64,000 nt of DNA, taken from the NCBI GenBank assembly GCA_965227525.1, contig OZ245762.1, positions 3,515,641 to 3,579,640 of the forward strand. The letters run 5' to 3'. The notes below the pieces were generated by a model. It searched no databases. It was not told the DNA's origin and saw nothing but the letters and a program-made list of their open reading frames with translations. Shown in pieces: positions 47,041 through 57,200 of the stretch (position 1 is its first letter; the number at the start of each line of letters is the position of its first letter). The position numbers and the translations under genes are program-made. The stretch is from Fulvivirga sp. GTDB lineage: Bacteria > Bacteroidota > Bacteroidia > Cytophagales > Cyclobacteriaceae.

Positions 47041-50000
47041 TTAAAGTGTAACTTTTAGATTAACCCCAAACCTTCTGGTAGAGGGAACATAAGTTCTCTG
47101 CTCAAAACCTTGTGCGTTTGTAGAACCAAAAGTGTTAGTCTCAGGGTCGAAGTTTGTATGCTCAGGAAAACCTGGTGCAAAAAACCAAAGGTTACGTCCT
47201 GATACAGAAACTTCAACAGAACCAAATGGCAATGACTGAAGCAGTTTATCAGGAAGTGAGTATGATAATGAAACCTCTCTCAGGCGATACACTGTAGCAT
47301 CGTAAACATTATCTTCAGCAGTACCACCAAAGCCATAGTTATTAAAGAATAATCGGTTGGTGTTTATCTGAATGTTGTTAGGTGTTTTGTTTCCTTCAGC
47401 ATCTCTTAATGGTTCTCCAGTATTGGCATTACCAAATACACCAGGAATTACAACAGATGCGTCTCTATTCTCAGTATCTTTTGTTACACCTCTAGAAAGT
47501 AGTGTAGCAACAGTTTGAGAGAATAAATCTCCTCCTTCTTTCCAATCAAATAGCACACGAAGTTTTAAACCTTTATAACTTAAAGTATTCGTTACCGCCA
47601 TGATAAAATCAGGATTAGGATTCCCTACAATTCGTGTATCGTTTGCTGCAATTTTATTACCCGTATTTGGGTCAATTAGTAAATTGCCTTCATCGTCAGT
47701 TGCATTATAAGAGCCCTGAAGTACACCATACTCTTCACCAGGAATCAATACAACGCGAGGGTTTCCAAAACCAGCAGCAATTACTAGCTGATCGTTGTCT
47801 CCAATATCAATAACTTCATTTTTATTGTGAGTGAAGTTTCCATAGATATTCCAAGTAAATCCATTAGATAAAGAAATAGGAGTTAAATCCAGTCCTATCT
47901 CAACACCTTCATTAGTAATTTCACCAACATTCGTTACCTGACTGGTAAAGCCAGACTCTGCAGGAACAGTAACTGATATGATTTGGTCAGTTGTAGTTCT
48001 ATCGTAGTATGTGAAATCAAGGCCGACTCTGTTGTCGAAGAATTGTAATGATGTACCAAGCTCAATTTCTTCAGTAAATTCTGGCGTAAGCTCAGGGTTA
48101 CCAAGTACATTACCTTGTGTAGCTGAAGAAACATTGCCTGCTGTTGAAGTATTAAGTGGGAATGCAAGCGTATTTGAGTTGTTACCCAAAGATGGGTTAG
48201 TAACGAAAATTGGATCAATACTGTATGGAGCCGCATCGTTACCTACTTTAGACCAACCAGCTCTTAACTTACCAAAAGTTAAAACGTTTCCACCTATATC
48301 GAAAGCATCAGTAAATATGAATGATGAACTTACCGCAGGGTAGAAAAAGCTTCTATTTTCTTCAGGTAGTGTTGAAGACCAGTCATTTCTTCCAGTAAGG
48401 TTTAAGAATACAAAATCCTTATAGCCTAATGAAATGTCTCCAAAGAGACCAATAAGTCTTCTTTTACTTTCCCCTAAGTCACCCGGGCTCACCAGATTAG
48501 CCGTATTGCCAAGATCAACTATACCTCTTGAAACAATGCTTGTACCTGTAACCGTCTGATTGTCAAATCTTCTTTGGTTGAAGTTTTGACCTATAGTGGC
48601 CGTTAAATCAATGTCCTCAGATAGATCTTTAGAAATTGTAATTAAGAAATTAGATTCAATTTCCTGCCAAAAATACTGGTCGTTAATGATCTCTCCAATA
48701 CCATTTCTACCAACAGAACCTGCAGCTACAGTCTGAAAACGGTTATCGGTATACTGGTTTACACCAACTTTATAACTGGCAGTTAACCAATCTGTGAAAT
48801 CGTAAGAGAAGTTTACGTTACCAACAAACCTGTGTACTTCACTTGTAAATTTACTGTTGTTTAATGTCCAGTATGGGTTATCAGCGCCTATTGGAAATGC
48901 GTTGTTTCCGTTAGTAGGATCTACGAATGGCAATACATCGAAATCGTTTATAGGCCATGCTCTGTTCAACCATAAAAGCCTTGATGTAAGTGATGTAGCA
49001 CCCACCGCATTACCAGAAAGTGGAGGCCCTACCTGATTGGTTTGAGTATAACTAAAGTTACCACCGGCTATTAAGCCATTATCTAGAATTGAACGCCCAC
49101 CTAAGCTAATGGTAGTTCTGTCAAATTCTGTAGTAGGAATATACCCGTCTTGTTCTGTACGAGATACAACAAGACTCATGTTTCCTCTCTCACCACCACT
49201 ATTTACTGATATACTGTTTTCAAATACGTGCCCAGTTTCAAAAAAATCTTCAACATTATCTGGATACGCCTGATAAGGTATATTTACAGCACCTGTAACA
49301 TTGCCGTTGGCATCAAAAGTTGAAAACTGAGGAAATGCATTTGGTAAACCATTAGGGCCACCATACCAATGAGGAATACTGTCTAGCTCAGAAAACTTAG
49401 GCCCCCATGAGCCGTTCACGTTTCCATAATCTCCATCGGAGCCTGCTCCGTATGTGTTTTGATAATCGGGAAGGTTAGAGACATTTTCAAAAGAATACGA
49501 ACTAGTCAGAGAAACTTCAAGTCCCTTTTGAGAAGCACGTCCAGAACCACCCTTTGTTGTGATTAACACAACACCATTGGCCGCTCTTGATCCATAAAGT
49601 GCAGCTGCTGCTCCACCTTTTAGTACCGTAATAGAGGCTATTGAGTTAGGGTCAAGGTCTGAAATTCTGTTTGAATATGCCGCACCGTTAGCCAGCTGGC
49701 TGCCAGTTGAGCTTTGACCTGAGGCAAAAGGAATACCATCTACAACGAATAGTGGCAAGTTATTTCCTAATGCGGAAGAGTTACCTCTAATCGTAATACG
49801 GGTAGAAGCTCCTGGTACTGCACTTGATCCCTGAATATTCACTCCAGGAATTTTTCCCTGCAGTGACCTTACGGCATCAGGTTCTGAAATCTGTTGTACC
49901 TGATCAGACTGAACATTAGCAACGGAGTACCCCAGGGCTTTTGTTTTTCTTTCAATACCCTGTGCTGTCACTACGACTTCTGTAAGCTGGGTAATGTCAG

Positions 50001-50295
50001 AAGACATCTGAATGTCAATCACCGATCTGTTGCCAATAGCCACCTCTTGCGAAGCGAGACCAATGAAAGAAAATACAAGCACTCCACCATCATCTGGTAT
50101 CGACAGCTTATAATTACCATCAATATCAGTAACAGTACCTGATGTAGTACCTTTTAGGACTACGTTTACTCCGGGCAGTGTACTTCCGTCTTCTGCTGAA
50201 GTTACCTTACCGGACACCGTCCTTTCTTGAGCCCACGATTCACTAAATGTGAATGCGAACATCAACATGAAACATAAAAGTAAATACTTCTTCAT
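47041..50295 (-). CDS. susC: SusC/RagA family TonB-linked outer membrane transporter
   Basis: VSGKV..LPGVNV..GTVTDIDGNY, LTEVVVTAQG, plug ITVLKGGAAAALYGSRAANGVVLITTK, and terminal RRFGVNLKVTL. Confidence 0.96.
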   Translation of the reverse strand: MKKYLLLCFMLMFAFTFSESWAQERTVSGKVTSAEDGSTLPGVNVVLKGTTSGTVTDIDGNYKLSIPDDGGVLVFSFIGLASQEVAIGNRSVIDIQMSSDITQLTEVVVTAQGIERKTKALGYSVANVQSDQVQQISEPDAVRSLQGKIPGVNIQGSSAVPGASTRITIRGNSSALGNNLPLFVVDGIPFASGQSSTGSQLANGAAYSNRISDLDPNSIASITVLKGGAAAALYGSRAANGVVLITTKGGSGRASQKGLEVSLTSSYSFENVSNLPDYQNTYGAGSDGDYGNVNGSWGPKFSELDSIPHWYGGPNGLPNAFPQFSTFDANGNVTGAVNIPYQAYPDNVEDFFETGHVFENSISVNSGGERGNMSLVVSRTEQDGYIPTTEFDRTTISLGGRSILDNGLIAGGNFSYTQTNQVGPPLSGNAVGATSLTSRLLWLNRAWPINDFDVLPFVDPTNGNNAFPIGADNPYWTLNNSKFTSEVHRFVGNVNFSYDFTDWLTASYKVGVNQYTDNRFQTVAAGSVGRNGIGEIINDQYFWQEIESNFLITISKDLSEDIDLTATIGQNFNQRRFDNQTVTGTSIVSRGIVDLGNTANLVSPGDLGESKRRLIGLFGDISLGYKDFVFLNLTGRNDWSSTLPEENRSFFYPAVSSSFIFTDAFDIGGNVLTFGKLRAGWSKVGNDAAPYSIDPIFVTNPSLGNNSNTLAFPLNTSTAGNVSSATQGNVLGNPELTPEFTEEIELGTSLQFFDNRVGLDFTYYDRTTTDQIISVTVPAESGFTSQVTNVGEITNEGVEIGLDLTPISLSNGFTWNIYGNFTHNKNEVIDIGDNDQLVIAAGFGNPRVVLIPGEEYGVLQGSYNATDDEGNLLIDPNTGNKIAANDTRIVGNPNPDFIMAVTNTLSYKGLKLRVLFDWKEGGDLFSQTVATLLSRGVTKDTENRDASVVIPGVFGNANTGEPLRDAEGNKTPNNIQINTNRLFFNNYGFGGTAEDNVYDATVYRLREVSLSYSLPDKLLQSLPFGSVEVSVSGRNLWFFAPGFPEHTNFDPETNTFGSTNAQGFEQRTYVPSTRRFGVNLKVTL

Positions 50296-50426
50296 ATTGG
50301 GTTGTTTAAGTGAAAATTTAATTCAACCCATTAGCCGGATTTAGAAGAGCAATAACACAACGATAATGCGTCCCAAAGTAGGCTTAGGGTCTTATTATCA
50401 AAGGTCACCATACGGTAGTCAGCAAA

Positions 50427-50459
50427 AACCCCCCAATAAGTATGAATTATTGGGGGGTT
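50427..50459 (-). terminator. Stem-loop terminator after the response regulator
   Basis: AACCCCCCAATAA-gtatgaa-TTATTGGGGGGTT, a perfect 13-bp stem, with a T-run on the minus strand. Confidence 0.85.
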
Positions 50460-50501
50460 GTTTCACTCAAATTAGTGTATGTGGGGTAATAGCATCCCCT
50501 T

Positions 50502-51131
50502 TTAGATCAATTTCTCTTTTGTGGCTTTGGCAATTGCTTCTGATTTGCTATTAACCTGTAGTTTGGAATAGATGTTTTTAATATGCGACTTAGCAGTTTC
50601 TTTAGTTATGAAGAGCTCCTGAGCGATCATGCTATAGCTCTTACCTTGTGATAAAAGCTCTAATACTTCAGTCTCCCGGTTGGATAAAGGGGAATTTGGA
50701 TTTTTCTGAAAAGAGCCCACAACCATTTTGGCTATTTTACTACTCATTGGAGCTCCTCCATTGATTACTTCATCAATCGCGTTAAGCAACTCACTATGGC
50801 TCGTATTTTTAGTAATGTAGCCCGCTGCGCCAGCACATAATGCCTGAAATACTAAATCGCTATTTTCATAGATCGTGTTTACAATGAGGTCGATGTTAGG
50901 ATTTATTTTCTTAATGGCTGCAATCGCATCTATACCATTCATACCCGGCAGCTCCAGATCCATTAAAACAATTTCAGGCTTGTCCTTTTTTAGGTTTTTT
51001 AATGCCTCCTCTGCATTGTCGTATCCGGCAACTACATAGTATTTACTTACACTATTTATTATTAATGAAAAGCCTTCTCTTACAGCATCGTTATCTTCAA
51101 CAATTACTATCCTTGATCTAAAATAATTCAT
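50502..51131 (-). CDS. NarL/LuxR-family response regulator
   Basis: IVEDN, LMDLELPGMNG, GAAGYITK, and HTH LSNRETEVL..TAKSHIKNIYSKLQV. Confidence 0.95.
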   Translation of the reverse strand: MNYFRSRIVIVEDNDAVREGFSLIINSVSKYYVVAGYDNAEEALKNLKKDKPEIVLMDLELPGMNGIDAIAAIKKINPNIDLIVNTIYENSDLVFQALCAGAAGYITKNTSHSELLNAIDEVINGGAPMSSKIAKMVVGSFQKNPNSPLSNRETEVLELLSQGKSYSMIAQELFITKETAKSHIKNIYSKLQVNSKSEAIAKATKEKLI

Positions 51132-51148
51132 TCCTATTCATTTAGTCT

Positions 51149-54100
51149 TTAAAAAATCTTCATTCGTTTCGATGCCTGATCTGATTCTATTTTGCCAAAT
51201 AACTTTATGATTGTACCTCCCTTTTCTGGATTACTCTCAATATTGACATTACAATTTATTTGCCTTGCTCGTGATCTCATATTCTTGAAGCCGTTGCCTT
51301 TACCGAGTTTTTCACTATTCAACCCCTCCCCATTATCTCTAAACTCTATTACGAATTCGGCTCCTGTGAGGTTCAAAGTAAAATAAACCTCATCTGCATT
51401 TGCGTGTTTTAAAGCATTGGTCATTGCTTCTTTAAAAACTAATACTATTTGACGACTATAGCCTGATGGTAATGGCGTGTGCTGCCCATTCAAACCAAAA
51501 GTTTCTGAATAAAACTCTATAGGAACATTTTCATACAACTCTTCACCAAAATCTTTGATATAGGTGAAAATTTCCGAAAGATTATCACTTTCAGGGTCTA
51601 TAGACCAAATAAAATCCTTTGTACCGTTGAATAGAGATTTAGTATGTTTCTCAATATTTTGAAGCAGCTCGTTTACTTCTTTTGATTTATCCTTAAGCTT
51701 CAAATTAATGAGATTTGCAAATACAGTAATACTAGCCAGCTGATTACCCATATTGTCATGAAAGTCTCTGGCCATTTTCTTTCTTACCTTTACCAGTTCT
51801 TCTGATCTGATGCGCTCCACTGTCAAAACTTTCTCAAGATTAGCTCTTATTCTATAATCGTTAAACAGTTTAATACCTAACAAAAAAGCAATCACAACTA
51901 ATGCAAAAAACCATGGTTCCTGCCAAAAAGGAGGGACAATCTCAAAAGAAAATGTTGCAGGATGCTCATTCCACTGGCCATCACTATTTGCTGCTTTTAC
52001 CTCAAATGTGTACTCACCTGGAGTAAGATTAGTATAAACTGCTTCAGTTTTGTGAGTCACCGGTGACCAGGTTTTTTCAAGGCCATCTAACCTAAATTGA
52101 TATTTTACTTCCTCAGGATTTACCAGACTATTGCCAAAATACTCTACCACAAGGCTATTTTTATTATATGGGAGGCTCAGGTTGATTGGTAATCTAAACC
52201 ATCGACTTAAGCTATCTGAATAATCAGACCAGTCTACTTCATTATAAAATAACTTAAGCCCTGAAATATAGGTAATAGGATCTATCAAATTAAGGTGTTC
52301 ATTTTCAGGTTGGTACTTATAAATACCCTTGGCTGTACCAAACCAAATGTCTCCATTAGCCTCCTGAAAATGTGAGTTTGGAATTGTTTGAATATCTTCA
52401 AATCCCTCTACCTCACCAAAGTTTTTAATGCGAGTAACATTTCTATTCTTATCAAGATATATTTTATCCACACCTCTTTCGGTACCTACAATCAAGTTTC
52501 CATCTTTATCTAAAATAAGATTATAAACAAGATCTGAGGTAAGACCATCTTCTGTAGTGTAATATTTTTCTATGCCGGAAAAACGATTGTACTTTAGCAC
52601 ACCATGGCCGGAAAATCCAATCCAGAAGTTGCCCTGCTGATCTTCCAGAGCCACATTTATACGCTTATTAAATATTGACTCCTTAAAAAACCTTTCAGGT
52701 TCTCTTCCTTCAATAAAACATGTGAAGCCTTCACGAGTCACAACCATCACCTTACCAGGTAGAGGCTCCTGAAAATTCCATATTGTATTGCCAAAGAGGC
52801 CATTATCGACCGTGTAATTATTAAACCTGCGGCCGTTAAACTTGCTTACACCATTGGCTGTACCTATCCATAAGTTGTTTTGACTATCGTTGAATATACA
52901 TCTGATGGTATTATATATGAGACCATCTCCCGTATTGAATTGCGTGTATTTTTCTCCATCAAATTTTAACAATCCCGAGCCCCGCGTACCATACCAGATA
53001 TTACCTTGCTTATCTAAAGTGGCACAAGAAATGTATGTATTTACAAGACCGTCTTTTGTGCTAATATTTGTAAATTCTTCACCATCGAACACATCAATAC
53101 CCCCACCATACGTAGTAAAATAGTATTTACCTTCAAGGTCTTTTACTACCGCAGTTATTGGGTTTGCGCTTAAACCATGCTGCTCACCAAAATGCACGAA
53201 AGTCTCATTAGCCAATTTATAAACCCCTTCTCCATCAGTACCTGCCCAAACAGTTCCTTCCCTATCGCAATAAATCGTATTTACACGCTCAGATGTAAAT
53301 CCTTGGTTACCACCGATTGATTTATATTCTCCCTCATCAACTTTAAGCATGCCAAAGGCAGATAAAGCCCAGAAATTCGTTGAATCTTTTACACTCGCAG
53401 ACTTAATAAAAATACCATCTAATGGTTTATAAAAGTTGTCTAATTGTGTTGGTTTTTTTGGGTCAAACTTCAATAACCCTTTATTGGAACCAAGCCACAT
53501 CAATCCGTTGTCATCAATAAAAATTGATAGTAGGTAGCCCTTGAAATCTGCATTTTTTACAACATTTACGAACCTATCACCTTCTAATTTAAAAAGTCCG
53601 TTTACAACAGAAATAAGCCAAATATTACCATTGTTGTCTGTATTTATGGCAATGACTTTATCAGATTTAAATTTTTTATCCAGGTCATAGATAATTATTT
53701 CGCCATTTTCTGGATTTAGCCTTCCAACTCCTCCTTTTGGTCCTGAAAACCAAATATACCCCTGGCCTTCTGCAAGAACGCTTACCGAGTTTTCATTTTC
53801 ATTGTCTTTGTCGATAAAGTAGTTTTTAAAGGTATTGCCATCAAACCTTGAGATACCCATTGCTGTTGCTGCCCATAGGTTTCCATTTTTATCAACCATT
53901 ATATCTCTGACATAATTGCTGGCCAAACCATCTCGGATGGTATAACTTTCAAAGCTTTCTCCGTTGTATTTAGAGAGGCCTCCTAGCAATGTAGCAATCC
54001 ATAAGTTTCCGAAATTGTCTTCCGTAATATCTAGCACCTTATCATGTACCAGGCCATCTCCAATGTCGTAATTGACAAAGTTGTATGACTGAGCTGAAAG

Positions 54101-54163
54101 CATTGAGGTAATTGCAAGTAAGCAACTTACCAATGGAAGTTTTATGTAGGTAGTAGACCTCAT
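51149..54163 (-). CDS. Sensor histidine kinase with periplasmic beta-propeller (Reg_prop) and Y_Y_Y domain, HisKA_3 type
   Basis: Likely start MRSTTYIK at 54163. Many D..GN.W.GT..G repeats, YTNLTPGEYTFEVKA, a TM segment, RDFHDNMGNQL, and DNGEG..GNGFKNM. Confidence 0.92.
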   Translation of the reverse strand: MRSTTYIKLPLVSCLLAITSMLSAQSYNFVNYDIGDGLVHDKVLDITEDNFGNLWIATLLGGLSKYNGESFESYTIRDGLASNYVRDIMVDKNGNLWAATAMGISRFDGNTFKNYFIDKDNENENSVSVLAEGQGYIWFSGPKGGVGRLNPENGEIIIYDLDKKFKSDKVIAINTDNNGNIWLISVVNGLFKLEGDRFVNVVKNADFKGYLLSIFIDDNGLMWLGSNKGLLKFDPKKPTQLDNFYKPLDGIFIKSASVKDSTNFWALSAFGMLKVDEGEYKSIGGNQGFTSERVNTIYCDREGTVWAGTDGEGVYKLANETFVHFGEQHGLSANPITAVVKDLEGKYYFTTYGGGIDVFDGEEFTNISTKDGLVNTYISCATLDKQGNIWYGTRGSGLLKFDGEKYTQFNTGDGLIYNTIRCIFNDSQNNLWIGTANGVSKFNGRRFNNYTVDNGLFGNTIWNFQEPLPGKVMVVTREGFTCFIEGREPERFFKESIFNKRINVALEDQQGNFWIGFSGHGVLKYNRFSGIEKYYTTEDGLTSDLVYNLILDKDGNLIVGTERGVDKIYLDKNRNVTRIKNFGEVEGFEDIQTIPNSHFQEANGDIWFGTAKGIYKYQPENEHLNLIDPITYISGLKLFYNEVDWSDYSDSLSRWFRLPINLSLPYNKNSLVVEYFGNSLVNPEEVKYQFRLDGLEKTWSPVTHKTEAVYTNLTPGEYTFEVKAANSDGQWNEHPATFSFEIVPPFWQEPWFFALVVIAFLLGIKLFNDYRIRANLEKVLTVERIRSEELVKVRKKMARDFHDNMGNQLASITVFANLINLKLKDKSKEVNELLQNIEKHTKSLFNGTKDFIWSIDPESDNLSEIFTYIKDFGEELYENVPIEFYSETFGLNGQHTPLPSGYSRQIVLVFKEAMTNALKHANADEVYFTLNLTGAEFVIEFRDNGEGLNSEKLGKGNGFKNMRSRARQINCNVNIESNPEKGGTIIKLFGKIESDQASKRMKIF

Positions 54164-54215
54164 ATTAAAGGCCAAAATAACATTAAAAATAAACTCACCC
54201 CTTTTGGGGGAATGA

Positions 54216-57200
54216 TTAACGAAGCAAGTAAAGTTTTCCAAAACCTTTTTTGAAGGCCTTGTCTGCAGATGTCGATCTGTTTTCCAGGTCCTGACCGTTC
54301 GATTTTACGATCACACGATAGATATATACACCATTTGCCAATTGATCACCATACTCGTCTTTACCATTCCACGCAAAATCGCTCACATTGTTGCCAATCC
54401 TTATTGCGCCCAGTTCATTTTGTGTAATCTCCCTCACAATTCTACCTGAAACGGTCATTATTTGTATTTTAATTTGATCGGGAATTTCACTTCCTGTAAG
54501 TGTAAAAACGAACCTCGTACTTGTAGAAAATGGATTGGGGTAAGGGTAAAAATTAGTAATTGACGACTCATTTACAACCTCAAAATTTATGCTGTATGGT
54601 TCCATTCCACTAGGGTTTCCACTTTCATCAGCTGCATCTACTCTAAGCGTATAAATTCCATCTGCCAACGGTTCTGGTTTATACTCCACTTTAAAATCAG
54701 TTTCTTCCGTGGCCTCAAACCACTGAACATTTGGAGACGAAAACGGTACGCGTTCAAATGTGCAGGTTTCGCAAGACTCTTTTATAAAAACATTAAAACC
54801 AGTTGTATCTTTTTTGAATAAAAATTGGTTGTCTTCTTTTAACTCAATACTGATCAATGGCGAAGGAGATACAATCTCACCATCTAAAATTCTTTCACCA
54901 TCAAATACAACATCAAGTATTGGATTGACATTATCTTCGGTCACACTTAAGTAATTATTAATATCGACAATATTATTTTCATAATACTGCTCCAATTCTA
55001 CTCGTGGATTTACAAACACATTCAAATCATTCGTACCCGATTTACCCACTGTACTTAGGTTTAAACTAAAATTGGTAGTATCACCAATACTGGGTGACTG
55101 TATCTTCTGTGTTATTTTTTGTGAAGTCCTAGTATCATCGTTAAAAATGGTATAATCGACAACCAAAGAATCGCTAAAATTCTTGTCAGAAATATTCATA
55201 AACCCAAAGCTGGCAGAAAGTTGAACACCTTCCTGTAAGCTTTGACTCATTTGGAAATCATCATTCAACACAATAATGCCCTCAGGCACGCCAGTATAAA
55301 TTACCTGCCATTTTTTTAACTCAGCCGATGTCAGATTATCTGGGTCAGAAGTGTTATACCTAAGCCTTAAATATGGGTATTGCGAAGCATCTACTACGGA
55401 TATATCAATTATCTTTGATGTTTGATTACTCAAAAGTTCTACTTCATTCCCATCAATATCAATACCTATCACATCTACAGAGACTATGTCTGTAACCGGA
55501 GTTTCTGAAACTCTAATTTCATTTATAACACTTTGCCAGTCAGTTGCAGGTCCTATAATAGTAGAAGTCATTTCACCTTCAGAAAACACCCCTTCGATTG
55601 TTTCATTTATGCTTAGTTCTTGTTCATCCTCAGGTGAGGTTGAAGTTGTAAATGACATTGCATCTCCTGCACTCACTCCTTTTCTACCAATGAGTATGTA
55701 GGGTTCTCCATCCTGAAGAGCTTCGATTTCTGTTGTAGAAGCTCCAATTTCCTCCAATTTTGTCTTCACTGCAGACGACCAAAGCGAATACTCCGGATTA
55801 CCAATTGAGTACATTACAACCGAGTCTCCATCGTTGATAGCATCTATATAGTCGATGAGGTCATCATTTCCCGATTCAAACTCAATCCTGCGATAGCTAT
55901 TTATTACTTGAGGTCTTCTACCACACGTGCGAGGGTCTTGAAAGATTAACGGGATAGCTGCATACGGCACTGTAGTACTTTTATCAAATGCAATAAAGTT
56001 TATTGTATTATCCCTACATCGTTTAAGGTTATCAATATTATACTCTGCACCATTAAACTGTACTGAAATGTCAGTTATATCTGCTGGATTTTCGCTACCG
56101 TATGTACGTATAAATACATCAGTCGAAGTTTCTTCGAAGTCTAAGGATTTACTGAATACGTTTCTTGATAAACCGGTCAGTGCATTATCGTCATACTGAT
56201 TAAATACACTTTGAGACCAGCCTTCCGGGCCGTCCTTAATGTATATAAATGAACTTGTGACCCATTCATCACTTTCTCCCTGTTGAGGTTGTGCAAATTT
56301 TGTTCTCCAAAAATATACAGTACTGTCATTTGACGGAATATCGGGCAAGAGCGATGGAAACCATTCGGCCAGTGATTTAGCATTAACGGTTGTTTGACTC
56401 AATGCTGGACTATTAAAGGTGTTTAGTGTATCAATTTCAAACAAAAAATCTCGAGGCTCACTAAATAAGTTTGTTGCTTGCGCTAAAAGTCTTACATCAT
56501 GACTACTCACAATGGAGTAGTCAACCGGGAATAAATTTTTTGTCCCAAAAAGTGGTATAAACAAGTCGTAAATAGCACTATTATTGGTTTCATCCAATTC
56601 ATCTATATCATTATCAGCATCGATCGATATGGTAAACTGGTTGTTGCCAAAGCTGCTGGCAATCTGATTATTAACTACAAATACCAACGTATCTTGAAAC
56701 AACGCTGATGGGTATAAAGAATCCATCATTACTGAAGTGTTATCAGACAGAGTACGTGTAATGCTCACTTTTAAAGAGTCATTGGTGGTGATACCAAAAT
56801 TTCTAACAATAATTTTGAGTAGGAAACTATCTTGCTCTGCATTAATCGGGTCTGGCGTGAAGGACTCTGCAAAAACATTATCATCATTTGTTTCATAGTC
56901 AGGCCTATCTGCCCCAAACAATTGGATTGCAGGATCTCCTAAAAGTACCATTTGCTGTGCTTGTGTGATATGCACTGGTATAGAAGGAGTGTTTTCAAGA
57001 TACCTTCGGGCAGTCTCCTGGTGTATCTGACCTATTGATTTGTTAATAAACAATGAATCTCCATAGGCTATACTATAAAAAGTGTCCGTGTATAACCTCA
57101 GGGAGGAAGAAAAACCAAATGAGGCATGGGCAATGAACCCAATTGCTCCTTTATCAGCTGCATTGATCCAGTCTTCACCAAATAGTATATCCTGATTGAA

